Assembly (NCBI RefSeq): GCF_009914755.1
Contig: NC_060940.1
Strand: one strand, 5' to 3'
DNA: 64,000 bases
Source: the human T2T-CHM13v2.0 reference genome, Homo sapiens
Position numbers and translations under genes: made by a program. Each line of letters starts with the position of its first letter. Position 1 is the stretch's first letter. This document shows, piece after piece, positions 1 to 57,944 of this stretch. Under the pieces are notes generated by a model, which was not told the origin of the DNA, searched no databases, and saw nothing but the letters and a program-made list of their open reading frames with translations.

Positions 1-833
1 AGGGATGCTTTAGTTGGTAGTTGCTTGAAAGAGTTAAGCTTCGTCTAAAGACTTGAAGTTAGTAGAAAGGAATGCTTAAGTTCTGATAAGGTGGGAGGTG
101 GTCTGCTGTCAGTCATGCGATGCCTTATGAGAGTCAGGTTGGAAAGTAAGCCACATTATCCCGAGTTAATAAAAAACCCATTTAAATGAAGGTTTCATGG
201 TTTGTAAGGTGTGACTTAACCCCTACCTTGCAATGGACTTAGGCCTTGTTTATAATTTAGTATCTTACTGCCACAGTGTTTTGTCAGTCTTACATTTTTT
301 TCTTTCCTTTCCCCCCCAAATTCAAACAAGTGTCAGTAATGATTTTTTTTTTTAGATGGAGTCTTACTGTTACCCAGGCTGGAGTACAGTGGCACAATCT
401 CAGCTGAAATGATTGTCCTGCCTCAGCCTCCCGAGTTCAAACAATTGTCCTGTCTCAGTCTCATGAGTAGCTGGGATTACAGGCGTGCACCACCATGCCT
501 GGCTAATTTTTGTATTTTTAGTAGAGACAGGGTTTCACCATGTTGGCCAGCTGGTCTTGAACTCCTGGCTCAAGTGATCCACTTGCCTCGGCCCCACAAA
601 GTGCTGGGATTACAGGCATGAGCCACCACGCCCAGCCAATGATCTATATTTTAACTTTAATACTGGTCAGTTGTGCCTAAACTCCAAAAGCAAGGCGGTA
701 CAATAGGGCGAGTCCAATCTCCCTTCTCATCATGGCCAAGAACTTGGTTTTTCAGGTTTCACGGGGGTCTCCTTGGCCAAAAGGGAGTCCATTCAGTCAG
801 CTGGGGGGCTTAAGGTTTTATTTTTAATTGACA
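1..833 (-). mobile_element. ERV1 LTR, MER4-family-like, interrupted by an Alu
   Basis: The reverse complement near 833 reads TGTCAATTAAAAATAAAACCTTAAGCCCCCCAGCTGACTGAATGGAC, like a MER4B/D/E 5' end; Alu at about 344-637. Confidence 0.65.
344..637 (-). mobile_element. Alu
   Basis: Antisense Alu consensus with poly(T). Confidence 0.95.
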
Positions 834-1257
834 GTACTAGTATATGAAAGTATTCCATCACCTTTGTGTATGTAATTAAAGACAAGGCTTGAAAAAACAA
901 TGATAGAACCTGATTTCTAAAAATAGATCAGGCGGATTTTACATTTTACTTTTTTTCTTACCCTTCCTCTTTTATTTTTTTTCTTTCTCCCTTCCTGTGA
1001 GCGTGCATAGATTTTACATTTTACATTTGCAAAACCATACTAGAAGATACGGCTCCTTTCCAATGCAACGTCTCTGGGTAGGTGGAGGAATGGCTGATCT
1101 CCTCTTGTCTTTGCTCTGCACATGGGAAGATAAACTCGTAATGAACATTATCAATCAGTATGCAATTCAATGGACTTTAGTTTTGGGAGCAGACTTGAAT
1201 TGCAGAACTGAAGTTACAATTGGCACATCCTTGTTTATGGGAGGTCAGCAAAGCATT

Positions 1258-1443
1258 TGAAACCACCTTTACAAAAATTGTAACTGAGGAAATTATGACA
1301 GTGAAAGAGATCAGACCCAAATGACTCCATCTTGCTTCTAACCTTTAAGCTGTCCTTGTTCATTCCTGGGCATAGGTAGAACTAACCTTGGGAAGTAATT
1401 TATAGTTTGACTCTCAAACACAATTGATAATACCCCTTTCCCA
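1258..1443 (+). mobile_element. LTR8-like 5' fragment
   Basis: TGAAACCACCTTTACAAAAATTGTAACTGAGGAAATTATGACAGTGAAAGAGATCAGACC matches the recalled LTR8 start. Confidence 0.75.
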
Positions 1444-1588
1444 GCAGTTATGAAGCGTCCAAAGGTTTCCTTGTGTTTCTATTTCTCTAAGTGAAAATGG
1501 ATTTAAGTCACAGCCTAAGATTTTACTTATTTGAAGACACTACTGATGCAAGCCTGAACACAGCAATGAGTGGTACAATATACAATCT

Positions 1589-1994
<406 letters not shown>

Positions 1995-3734
1995 TTAATC
2001 AAACCTAAGGCAAGTCACTACTCTTGGGAATTCAAGTGTATGGTAAATGTGTAGATACTGGCACCTGAATCAGTGTCTGTTGTCCATGCCTACAGCATCC
2101 CCATAGGACAAACCCCAGCAAACAGGAAGGTCTCCTGCACAGATTTCTCTACCTTTCATTTACAATATGCAGTCTGGAATTCCCATTGTCAAAGACAATT
2201 CTGTTGGGAAATCCTTTCTGCTTGAGCTTATTACCTTGAGGTCTCTGAATGAGAGAGCAAATGTTAACAGAAGACCCCTCTGGAACCTAGACTTTGTGTT
2301 TAAATCCCCTCAGTGCCTGTGGTGGTGCATTTATTCCTTGAGGTCTGTCACATTTCTCAATGCCTTTGAGAGCTGCACACGAACTGTACACAAGTGCTCA
2401 TCATTCTCCTTCTAGGTGCTCTGGTGCCTGATCAACTCAAACGCCTCTCTCTTTGAGCAGTGTCTATCAGCAGGGGCTGTTTTTGCAGTTCATTAACCTG
2501 ATGACCACCAATTTCAGGCTTGAGGATGAGTCAGAAACATGAATTTCTAGGCAAAGAAGGGATCATCTGGACTCTAAGAATCACTGGTTTCCTGGGTAGA
2601 GGCAGGAAAGGGAGGGTAGGAAAGTCTAACACGGCAGGCATCTCTCATCCAGTCACAGCATCTTCCTAGATGTGTCCCCCCAAACTATCCCCTAGTCTTG
2701 GAATTTAATGCCATTCAGCACCAAGCCTGCCCTGGTTCAGCGTTTCCATCCACCTGTGAGGGATTCCCCACCACACCCCAATTAAGGACAGGTACTTTTT
2801 TGTAAGACACAATAAAAATTACTAAAAAAGGAGAACAGGGAATAGCAGACACACAAAGCACAAAGCCAAATATTTATTACATCCAATAGACATAAAATTA
2901 CTCTGTCAAATTGCTATAAAGGGTTTTAAATGCTAAGTCAATTTCTAAATATCTATTTCACTACAGGCAGCCAAGAGTATAACTTGCTTCAGCCCATGGG
3001 TCTGAGGAGCCTGGGACTGCAGGCCAAAGCACTGGCCTCAGAAGGCTAAATAAACTATTGGACTTGATGTTCCATGAGAATTCATACAACCCTCTGCAGA
3101 ACTTCCCCATCCCCAATCCCTCAAAGCTCTTCTTCACTGCTCTCCTGCACAAACCCTTACCATCTTCTGTAACTACAGGTCTGTCTTCACAGCAGACTAA
3201 CGTTCTTGAAGCTAGAGGCTATGATCTTCTTCACCTTTAGATTCAGTGCCTAACTATATCTGGTACCCAGTTTTTGTTCAACAAAAAAAATCTGTAAGTT
3301 AAGGATACTAGCAGTGCTTTTGTTTCACTTTTATTTACTTTTGTTGGTTTATTATTTTTAAAATTGGGTTTACCTCAACCCAGAAAATAAGAGATAATTT
3401 ACACACTGTACTGACATTACCTTACTTGCAAACCAAGCTCTCCAACTCAAGTATTCTTGACTCATGTCTTTTCTACTATTCCAGTTGTATTTCACAAAAC
3501 ATGTAAATAATATGGACATGTCAAGCCATAATCAGGTTTATACGGGGTAAACTAACACCTACAAAGAACAGAAAGGGTTTGCTGGACTATGACATACCAC
3601 AGAATGGCTTAACATTTGATACATTTTAGTGGTACTAATTTTATAACTTTGGGAAACATCTGTTCATGTAAAGCCCAGCAAGGGCTAGTCATCAAGTGCT
3701 AGCAATGGGAGGGCAGATGGTGAGGGGTTAAGTG

Positions 3735-4295
3735 ATGTAGTCATTTGAAAATGTCTATAAATTTTCCCTTTAAGAGGTGGAGCTTAACTCTCCTTACCCT
3801 TGAATATAGGCTAGACTTAGTGACTCCCCACTTACAGAATAAGGCAAAAATGAGCATGTCACTTCCACAGGGAGGCCACTGAAAGGCACTGTGGTTTCCT
3901 TCTTGCTTTCATACTCAGGGGAAAGCCAGCCACCATGCTGTGAGGACACTCTATGGAAGGGCCGTCAAGGAGAGGAACTGGGGCCTCTGCCCTCAAGGAA
4001 AGGAACTTAGGCCTCTGCCCTCAAGGAGAGGAACTGGGGCCTCTGCCCTCAAGAAGAGGAACTGGGGCCTCTGCCTAACAGCCAGGTCAGTGAGCAGAAA
4101 AGTCAGCCCCAGTCAAAGCATCAGATGACTGCAGCCCCAACCAGTATCTTGTTTGCAACCTTACACCACACTCTTTGCCAGAACCACCAGCTAAGCTGCT
4201 CCCAAATTCCTGATCCAGAGACCTGTGAGATAAATGTTTGCTGTTTTAAGACAGTAAGTTTTGGGATGGTTTATTATATAGTAGGTAACTAGTAT
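3735..4295 (+). mobile_element. MaLR LTR (MLT1-type) containing a minisatellite
   Basis: MLT1 motifs CAGATGACTGCAGCCCC, GAACCACCAGCTAAGCTGCTCCCAAATTCCTGA and GATAAATGTTTGCTGTTTTAAG. Confidence 0.75.
3965..4076. repeat. 28-bp tandem repeat x4
   Basis: Unit TCAAGGAGAGGAACTGGGGCCTCTGCCC starting at 3965, 3993, 4021 and 4049. Confidence 0.95.
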
Positions 4296-4554
4296 CAGTG
4301 GTGAGCCTTTGGGGGGTTTATGTGAATTCATCATGCCTTGGGAAAAGCAGGGTAAAGTTGAGGAAAGAAAAGGGGTATAAATGACTAAAAGAGTAGATGC
4401 TGCCTTGTTCAACAAGTGCTTAAAACTAGAGTTAAGTGAGCTCTGTGAATATATGAGAATGACTATTAAACTCTATAGCCATACTACTAGTTCTTTTTAT
4501 CAATTAAAGATAGTATGAAAGGGGAAAAAAAGCTCCAAAATTGTTAATAGCATC

Positions 4555-4560
4555 TTTATT
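4555..4560 (-). terminator. VPS35: Candidate VPS35 polyadenylation signal AATAAA
   Basis: AATAAA on the minus strand about 780 nt past the stop. Other candidates at 5164-5169, 2873-2878 and 971-976 suggest alternative polyadenylation. Confidence 0.55.
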
Positions 4561-5338
4561 GTTTCACTGGTGCAAAAAAAAAAATCATAATTGTGATGCA
4601 TTTCCTGCTAAATTTACAATGAAGGTGATACATAAATTATATAGATCACAAGTTTTCTTTTATACTATTTAAAACCCAATTATATTGATAAATATGTCCA
4701 GAGGACAACATGGGTTCTTAATGGATGGCTGAGTCCAAATATGCAAAATATAGCTTCTGGTTTTGACCATGGTGCTTTAAAATTCTCAAACATGCATTAA
4801 TATATTCTAGTTTTAGGGAAAATCTTACACATGGCCTTATCTTGCAATTTAGGGGAAAGCCCAAGATGAATTTCACATACAGTATTCCTTTCTTCTAAAT
4901 TAATCTCAAACTGGACTAGAAAACAAGAGACAGACGCTTTTGGGTTAGTACTCCCCAGGAATGAAGAAAATACACAATCAACAATGAAGCAAACAAACAA
5001 ACAAAAAAAAGGAGAGCTTCATTAGTAGCCAAGATAAGTGCTTGTGGGTTTTGTTTTTTTTTTTTTTTTTTTTTTTTTTACAGATCACAGGAATTTTAAA
5101 TTGCAGATCAGTCATGCTACTTGGGGTGATCAGAAAGACTTGAACACTTACCAAGTGAATAATTTTATTAAGGTCCTGAAGGTGAGTGTCCGGAGGTGCT
5201 GGGTAAAACACATCACAGGTAAGAAATGGGAAACCTACCTCAGCATTTCTGAAAGGCACAATCTATGGAAGGGAAACCTAGCGTAATAAAACCCTCACTG
5301 GATGTACATGGAAAGGAGTATGGTGAGCTATTTCCTTT

Positions 5339-34007
<28,669 letters not shown>

Positions 34008-34063
34008 GGCGACTCCCCAGAGCCTGCAGCAAGCAGCACCCGCCCCGCGCGTAGCCTCCCGCG

Positions 34064-34073
34064 GTCATGTGAC
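34064..34073. promoter_or_regulatory. M-box/CLEAR-type E-box (MiT-TFE/USF)
   Basis: GTCATGTGAC about 60 bp upstream of the VPS35 ATG. Confidence 0.7.
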
Positions 34074-34402
34074 GCTGCGGCCCCTCCAAGCCCCGCCCTC
34101 TCTAGCCCCGCCCCCGGGCCCTACAGGCGGCTCATTGATTGGCCTACTTCTAGGAACCCGAGTCTCGCGTGCTTATTGGCCCTGTCACTTAACGCTAGAT
34201 GGACGGACCTGAGCGCCAGCCAATCTCACCACAGCGTGCGAGAGTGGGCGGAGCAGTGCAGGGCAGTGGGGATCGCCCGGCGGCAGGCAGGAGACAACAG
34301 GAGGGAAAGGCAGTGTGTGATGAGTTTGTCAAGAAGGAATGGAAGGAGGGGGAGCCGACAAGTCCACGTTCACCGCATCTGCGTTGGCGATTGCGCTATT
34401 GA

Positions 34403-34414
34403 TGCGCATGCGCA
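34403..34414. promoter_or_regulatory. NRF1 site
   Basis: Perfect palindrome TGCGCATGCGCA. Confidence 0.8.
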
Positions 34415-34579
34415 AAAGGAAGACCCTGATTGGTTTGTGGGACGGTCTCAACGTCCTGTCCTAACCAATCCAGATGCGCCGGGGGTGGGGCCTGGCTCTC
34501 ACTGGCCGGTGCAGCCTTTGCGCGCGGGTTTCGTTGACCCGCGGCGTTCACGGGAATTGCTCGCTTTAGTGCCGGCGCC

Positions 34580-42486
<7,907 letters not shown>

Positions 42487-42609
42487 TTTCAGCTTCCAAA
42501 CTGGTATACATTCCAAACTGATAGTACATTGCCATCTCCAGGAAGACTTGACGGCTTTGGGATTTTGTTTAAACTTTTATAATAAGGATCCTAAGACTGT
42601 TGCCTTTAA

Positions 42610-42798
<189 letters not shown>

Positions 42799-42909
42799 TG
42801 AGGTCAGGAGCTCGAGACCAGCCTGGCCAACATGGTGAAACCCCATCTCTACTAAAAATACAAAAATTAGCCAGGTGTGATGGTGCATGCCTGTAATCCC
42901 AGCTCCTCA

Positions 42910-43059
<150 letters not shown>

Positions 43060-43061
43060 TT

Positions 43062-43084
43062 ATAGATAGATAGATAGATAGATG

Positions 43085-43116
<32 letters not shown>
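43062..43116. repeat. (GATA)n tetranucleotide repeat in ORC6 3' UTR
   Basis: Directly visible, with one GATG interruption. Confidence 0.97.
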
Positions 43117-43117
<1 letters not shown>

Positions 43118-43272
43118 ACGGAATTGGAGCCATTTTGCTTTAAGTGAATGGCAGTCCCTTGTCTTATTCAGAATATAAAATTCAGTCTGAATGGCATCTT
43201 ACAGATTTTACTTCAATTTTTGTGTACGGTATTTTTTATTTGACTAAATCAATATATTGTACAGCCTAAGTT

Positions 43273-43278
43273 AATAAA
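43273..43278 (+). terminator. ORC6: ORC6 polyadenylation signal AATAAA
   Basis: AATAAA with upstream TGTA motifs and downstream GT/T-rich sequence, about 790 nt after the stop. Confidence 0.75.
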
Positions 43279-44944
43279 TGTTATTTATATATGCATTCAA
43301 GTTGTACTTGTCATCAGTTTGGGGGAATCCTTATGCTAAAAGCTATGTCTTCTCTACAGGAAAAAGCCCAGGTTCCTGTCCACTGAGCCACACTGCCCAC
43401 CAGACCACAAACTCAAATCAGACTTTAAAACCCTGCTCAGCCACTTATCACCTGTGAAACCTTTAGCAAATTAATTAACTTTTTTATGCCTCATCTATAA
43501 AGTAGGAGTAGAAATGGTACCACCTCGTAGATAATATGGAGGAGTTTCTGAGCCAATACATATAAAGCATTTAGGACAGTACCTGCTATGAGTAAGTATT
43601 TAGAAAATATTAGAAGAGAGAAAGAATCTCACATATGGAGGTCTCATAATGAATTAAACATTACCACCTTTTTATAAAATCAAGCTTTTTTTTTAGTATC
43701 TACATATTGAAAAGTGTAAACTTAGTAAATACTACTTATTTTAAGACTATGGAAAAGGACCTTTTCTTGGATGGTAAGAAGTTGCTAAAGGCATCATGCC
43801 AGACATGATTTTAACTAAAATTAAGAATATATGATATAATTAAATATTTCCATGATAAAAGGATTGCATCCAAATGTTTAAAATCTACTTAGAATGACAT
43901 CAGTAATAATAATGGTTGCCTTTTATCTGCTACAGGTAATGAATAATACCTGCTACATAGATCTAGAATGACTAAAGGTGATGTCTCTTTTTTCCCCCTA
44001 CCTTTTTAGTTTTAGAACTTTAGCAGACTAAGGCTAAAGAAATACCACAATCAAATGGTCCCAACATAAGCATGTCTGGCAAGGCCTGTGGTATTGGGGA
44101 ATGAACATGAGCTTTGGAGCCACACACACTTGGGTTTAAATTCTGGCTCTGCCACTTCTCCCCTAACAAAAGCCCAAAATCTTACTGAGCCTAAGTTTTC
44201 CTATTTATAAAATAGAAAAGATGGGCACAGTGGTGTGCACCTACAGTCACAGCTATTCAGGAGCCAAGGCAGGAGGATCACTTGAGCCAAAGAGTTTAAG
44301 TCTGTAGTATGCTATGATCACACCTGTGAATAGCCATTGTACTCCAGCCTGGGCAATACAGGGAGACCCCATCTCTTAAAAAAATAATAATAACAGTAGC
44401 TAAAATAGAAATACCTGCCTTGTGAGGTTTAAAGGTACTATTGTATTTGTGAAGTGCACGGCATTTAGAAGGCATTCATTAAATAGCTCTTGTTATGGCT
44501 TTGATCCAAAATTGATAAATCTTCCTCATTTATTAAGAAGGTATGTAATTTGAGACCCAGCACAATGGCTCAGGCCTGTAGTCCTAGCACTTTGGGAGGC
44601 TGAGGCAGGCAGATTGCCTGAGCTCAGGAGTTCGAGACCAGCCTGGGCAATATGGCAAAACCCTGTCTCTACTAAAAATACAAAAAATTAGCCAGGCATG
44701 ATGGCAGGCGCCTGTAGTCCTAGCTACGCAGGAGGCTGAGGCACGAGAATTGCTGGAACCCAGAAGGTGGAGGTTGCCGTGAGCCGAGATCATGCCACAG
44801 CACTCCAGCCTGGGCGACAGACGAGACTATCTCAAAAAAATAGAAGCTATGTAATTTGTTATTTGGTGCCAAGATACAGATTTCTAGCTTTGAGTCAAAA
44901 GCAATGTACTTATCACCCTGTAAAGTTAAGCACATTCACCTACT

Positions 44945-46332
<1,388 letters not shown>

Positions 46333-46628
46333 GGCACATTCACTTTTAAATTACCCTGTTAAGATGTGATTCTGATAAATCTAAAATTTCTGAGCCTTGT
46401 TTAAATAGCATATGAGAATAAATATAAGTAGTATTGTCTGTTTTTTCTTTATGCCATGAAAGCAAGTAATGGTAATTATTTTTATTATTTGCAATATAAT
46501 ATGTACTTAGTTATTTTTTAAATTAGTTGGGGAGTGGAGGAATTACCTTAAAGCAGTCTTGTCCAAATGCCCTCCTAGGAAGCCTTTCTACAGTTTTCTA
46601 ACACAATTACAATCCCAGTGATGAATGC

Positions 46629-47114
46629 CGTGATGGTTAATACTGAGTGTCAACTTGATTGGATTGAAGGATACAAAGTTTGATCCTGGGTGTGTTTGTG
46701 AGGGTGCTGCCAAAAGAGATTAACATATGAGTCTGGGCTGGGAAATATCCACCCTTATTCTGGTGGACACAATCTAATCAGCTGCCAGCAAATATAAAGC
46801 AGGCAGTAAAATGTGAAAAGGAGACACTGGCCTAGCCTCCCAGCCTACATCTTTGTCCTGTGCTGGATGCTTCCTGCCTTCGAACGTCGGACTTCAGGTT
46901 CTTCAGTTTTGGAACTCGGACTCGCTCTCCTTGCTCTTCAGCTTGCAGACAGCCTATTGTGGGACCTTGTGATCATGTAAGTTAATACTTAATAAACTCC
47001 CCTTTATATACATATATATACACATATTACATATATATACATATTACCTATATACATATTACATATATCTATATATATCCTATTCTGTCCATCTAGAGAA
47101 CCCTGACTAATACA
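46629..47114 (+). mobile_element. Solo ERVL LTR, MLT2A1-like
   Basis: Starts (c)GTGATGGTTAATACTGAGTGTCAACTTGATTGG and ends GAGAACCCTGACTAATACA; internal (TA)n; near-TSD AATGC/GATGC. Confidence 0.88.
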
Positions 47115-47202
47115 GATGCTTACTAGTTAGTGAATTCGTGTGTTTCAGTACTGTTATTATAAACACTTCTTGGAAGCTCACTTCTTTAACCGTTCTTCAT
47201 GG

Positions 47203-47208
47203 TTTATT
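47203..47208 (-). terminator. MYLK3: Candidate distal MYLK3 polyadenylation signal
   Basis: AATAAA on the minus strand about 5.4 kb after the stop, consistent with a long 3' UTR; another candidate near 47454-47459. Confidence 0.45.
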
Positions 47209-47558
47209 TAACTGATTAAAAAGTTTTTTTGTCATGAATGTTTTCAAATATATACAACAGTAAAGAGGACAGTATAATGAAACCCATACACATCACCTAG
47301 ACCCAAGTTATTAGATGTTGCCATACTTGCTTAACTATACCTTCCTTTTTCTCTGAAGTCATCTAACCACATTGCCAATATCACACCTCACAAAATTAAT
47401 AGTAACTATCATCAAATGTGAAATTCATAATCTAAATGTCTCAAAAATATCTTTTTATTGCTTGCTCAAATCAGGGTCAACACAAGGTTCACACTTGACA
47501 TTGAGTTGTGAATTTTTAATTATAAATGTAATACATGCGGGCCAGGCGCAGTGGCTCA

Positions 47559-47849
<291 letters not shown>

Positions 47850-48726
47850 TCATTGTAAAAAAAAAAAAAAAAAGATTCAAAAGGTTCAGAAAGATAAATG
47901 AAAAGTGGAATTCCCCCTCTCCCAATCACCCACTTTTCACACTCCACTGTTAAGTTTCTTGCATATCCTACGGTTTTTTAATGCACATATAAGCATATGT
48001 CTCTTCACAAATGGGATGATACCATATATACATTCTATAATTTAAGAAAAAATGGCTTTCAGTATATCTAGATCTATCTATAACAGCTGTGAGGTATTCC
48101 ACTACATGGATGTGGCAAAATTCATTTAACTAAAACCAAACTAATAGGCATGTGTTGGTTGTTTTTACTGGGCCATTAGCAACAGTGCTATAGTAAACAT
48201 CATTTTGAATAAATCTCTATACAATTGTTCAAGTACGGAGGGATAAATTTCTAGAAATAAAATTTCTGGATGAAAGAAAGCATGGGAATGACTTTTATTT
48301 GGATACATATCCATCAAAAGTGGGAGAATGCCATTTTCCCCACAGCCTCACCAATTCTTCACCAATCTGACAGGTGGAAAAAGTGTGCCCCAACTACCTT
48401 TTAGAGTTTCTCTGCCCAGCAGTTTCCAGTGACTGTACATGCAAATGGAAAAGTCCCATTAGAAATAGTTGACCCAACACAGTTGCAATCAAGTATCTGA
48501 GCTAAGTACACACCAGCAAATTACTAAAAATATCCAGAAAAACTCAAGCTTCATAAAACCTCAAATTTCAAAAAAAGGATGCTAAAATCCACATAGGTCA
48601 CTTGTGTTGGCCTGGCCTAAACAGACCCCTCAAAGGAACTTTGGAGGGAAATTGTTTCTCTAGGTAAGGAATAACAGCATAAAGGGAAAAAAATTAAAAT
48701 TGTTAGATACAGGATTCTCTCTAGAT

Positions 48727-49641
48727 CTGCCCTGTCCAATATAGATGCCACTAACCACGTGTGGCTATTAAACACTTAAAATGTGGCTAGTGCAACTGCA
48801 GAACTGAATTTCTAATTTTATTTAATTTTAATACATGTAAAAGTGGATACTTCAGTTATTGGAAAACAGTGAGTTATGTTTCAAACAACTTGAGTATGTA
48901 AATACATTTTCCACAGTAAGTTTTAAGAAATCTAAATACAGATTAAGTACGTCTGATGAAAACCTAGCATCTGAATTGACAGGTTTTTTTTTGTTTTGTT
49001 TGTTTGTTTGTTTTTTGTCAGGGGTGGGGACAAAGTTTTGCTCTGCCACCCAGGCTGGAGTGCAGTGGTGTGATCTCAGCTCACTGCAACCCCTGCCTCC
49101 TGTTTAAGTGATTCTTGTGCCTTAGCCTCCCAAGTAGCTGGGATTACAGGTATGCGCCACCACGCCCAGCTAATTTTTATATTTTTAGAGATGGGGTTTT
49201 ACCATGTTGGCCAGCAATCTGCCCACCTTGGCCTCCCAAAGTGCTGGGATTACAGATGTGAGCCACCATGCCTAGCCTTGACATGTGTTTTTAAGTGTAA
49301 AATATACCAGATTTTTGAGACTTAGTATGAGAAAAAGAATATAAAATATCTCTTTTTTTTTGAGACGGAGTTTTGCTCTTGTTGCCCAGGCTGGAGTTCA
49401 ATGGCGTGATCTTGGCTCACTGCAACCTCCACCCCCTGGGTTCAAGTGATTCTCTGGCCTCAGCCTCCCTAGTAGCTGGTAAAGTATCTCAATTTTATGT
49501 TGATTACATATTGAAATATTTTTGATACACTAAGTTATATAAATTATTAAAATTGACTTTCAATGGGTTTTGTTAGAGAAGCTACTAGAAATGTTTTAAT
49601 TATGTGTATAGCCTGTACTATATTTTTGTTGGGCAGTGCTG
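48727..49641. mobile_element. hAT-Charlie1-family (MER3/MER33-like) element with two inserted Alus
   Basis: Termini CTGCCCTGTCCAA ... TTGGGCAGTGCTG; perfect 8-bp TSD CTCTAGAT at 48719-48726 and 49642-49649. Confidence 0.82.
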
Positions 49642-50974
49642 CTCTAGATATGGTAATTAACTGTCTTTTTCTGGGGAGATGTTTCATAGCATTCTCCAGA
49701 ATCTTAAGTCGAAAACAGGGTATGAACCACAATAGAACTATAAAATATACTCTCTAGCTCCTTCTGGAGGCTGCCCTCAAAAAACCTTTTAAAGAAAGAT
49801 AACTGACATTTAAAAAATAAGACATTTTACCAAATCACTATCACTGTCTCATCAAAGGACAACTTTCAGCAGCTGTGTCTTCTGATGTTCATTCTTCAGC
49901 TGACCAACTTGGAGCAGGCCTAGACTTGCTGGTATTGAAACTGTTAGTTCCCAACAAGGGTTAGCCTTCCAGAGGAAACTTAACAACTTGAGAACTGCAG
50001 CAGCAGGATAACCTCTCCACCTGCCTACCTCTCTGTCAAAAAGCAAGAGCCTCTGTTACAGGACAAAAATCCTGAAAGGTAGTGAAACTGTTGCATGTCT
50101 AATTAAAATCTAAAATTCACAACATTGACTAAAGCTGCTCACCTGAGGCCAAGCACAGTGGCTCATGCCTATATTCCCAGCTCTTTGGGAGGCCAAGACA
50201 GGTGGATCATCTGAGGTCAGGAGTTCGAGACCAGCCTGGCCAACATGGCAAAACCCCATCTCTACCAAAAATACAAAAATTAGCTGGGCGTGGCAGCACA
50301 CGCCTGTAATCCCAGCTACCTGGGAGGCTGAGGCACAAGATCACTTGAACCCGGGAGGCAGAGGTTGCAGTGAGCCAAGAACACACCAGTGCACTCCAGC
50401 CTGGGTGACAGAGGAAGACTCTCTCAAAAAAAATAAAAAACTAAAGCTGCTCACCTGAGGAAAAAAATGGGAATAGCACAAAAATCATGTAGAAGTAAGG
50501 AAATTTTAAAGATTGTATATTTTTTCATAATAAAGTACTCCTTTAACCATTTTACAAGTTGGTAAAGTATCTAAATATACATGTATACAAGTTCGTAAAT
50601 GTGTTAGTTGAAGCTGGGTGTGGTGGCTCACACCTATAATCCCAGCACTTTGGGAGGCTGGGGCAGGTGGATCGCTTGAGCTCAAGACCAGGTTGGGCAA
50701 CATGGCAAAACCCTATCTCCACTAAAAATACAAAAATTAGCTGGGTGTAGTAGCGGGCACCTATGGTCCCAGGTACTCATGATCGCCTGAGCCCAGGAGG
50801 CGGAGGCTACAGTGAGCCAAGATCACACCACTGCACTGCAGCCTGGGCAACAGAGTGAGACCCTGTCTCAAAAAAAAAAAAAAGTGTTAGTTGCTTGCCA
50901 TGTTGAGAACAGTATGATTTCAGTGAAGGGATGACAGGGCTACTCTAATGCATATAGAAAAGTGTTTAAATGTA

Positions 50975-51746
<772 letters not shown>

Positions 51747-52602
51747 TACATGTATATAGAAAGTGTATGTGTAGAGTGACAACATTGAGAGTGCTACAGC
51801 CTGAGGCAGCAGAAGAGCAGCTTTCCTTTATGTCTCAGGATGTATCATTTCTGTGTTTCTCAGAAAGCTGAACCTCATTACATTCTTATCTCTTTCATAA
51901 ATTGCCTATCAGCTTCCAGACTTACAAGACCAGAAATTTATAACTAAGACAGAGGGGTTAAGACAGGCAGAATTAGGAGAGAGGTGGAGGTGTGTGGAGA
52001 TTTAAAAAGCACAGTCAAAATGATCACTTCTCTGATTTGGCTATGAGAGTTGACATATTTTGACATTTCAAGTGATGCTGATTCTCAAAAGGGAGCATAA
52101 GTTAAAGCAAGTTTGAAGATCACTGTCCTAAATCCACATGGCTTAACACAAGAATGGGGTAGTACAATAAAATGTCAGCTCACACCTGAGCAAATCAAAA
52201 TTCTAGGAATTCTTTGTACTGGAGGAGATAACACTGAATAACATGGCCCCTGCAAAGTAGTCTACTGAGTTCCTTAATCAGTGTGAGTTTAGAATTTAAA
52301 TTCGACAGATGCAAAGTACCTACCTAAAGCATCCCTACACTTACCACCAAAAGTAGGTATATTTGAAAGGTACTCAGAGCATTTCACACGTAGTGATCTT
52401 ACAAGGCAGAAAAAAACGTTCTTAGGAAGCTTCTTTACAGCCACTTTTCATCCACAAGGAAGGCAGCAGCCATAACCATTTTTACAAAATAAGTGGAATC
52501 AATAATACCAAAAAGCCAAATTATTTAAATGTTTGAGTCATCTCTTCACTTCACCACTGGCCTCAGTAATTTCTGGACCCATTGGAGCAGCAGAGTTGAA
52601 GA

Positions 52603-57806
<5,204 letters not shown>

Positions 57807-57944
57807 TTACACCTGTGAATTACTGGGGAATAATCAGATCCCAGGCCCCAAACTTCTGGCTTTTCTAAGTCAGCGATAGAATCAGAAAACCACAGTCTTC
57901 CTCCTCCAGGCATTTGCTTCTTTCAGTAGTCAAATTTATGAAAC

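Noticed and set aside
917-926. Perfect MEF2 motif CTAAAAATAG
   Set aside because: Isolated AT-rich 10-mer between LTR fragments, with no supporting cluster.
3965-4076. Regular 28-bp repeats superficially like a CRISPR array
   Set aside because: Head-to-tail with no unique spacers, in human LTR DNA, with no cas genes.
5048-5078. Long T run (A run in VPS35 mRNA) suggesting a transcript end or retrocopy tail
   Set aside because: Genomic homopolymer within the 3' UTR of an intron-containing gene; mainly an internal oligo-dT priming hazard.
34515-34532. E2F-like TTTGCGCGCGGGTTT near the ORC6 TSS
   Set aside because: Does not match TTTSSCGC exactly on either strand; plausible, but not supportable from sequence alone.
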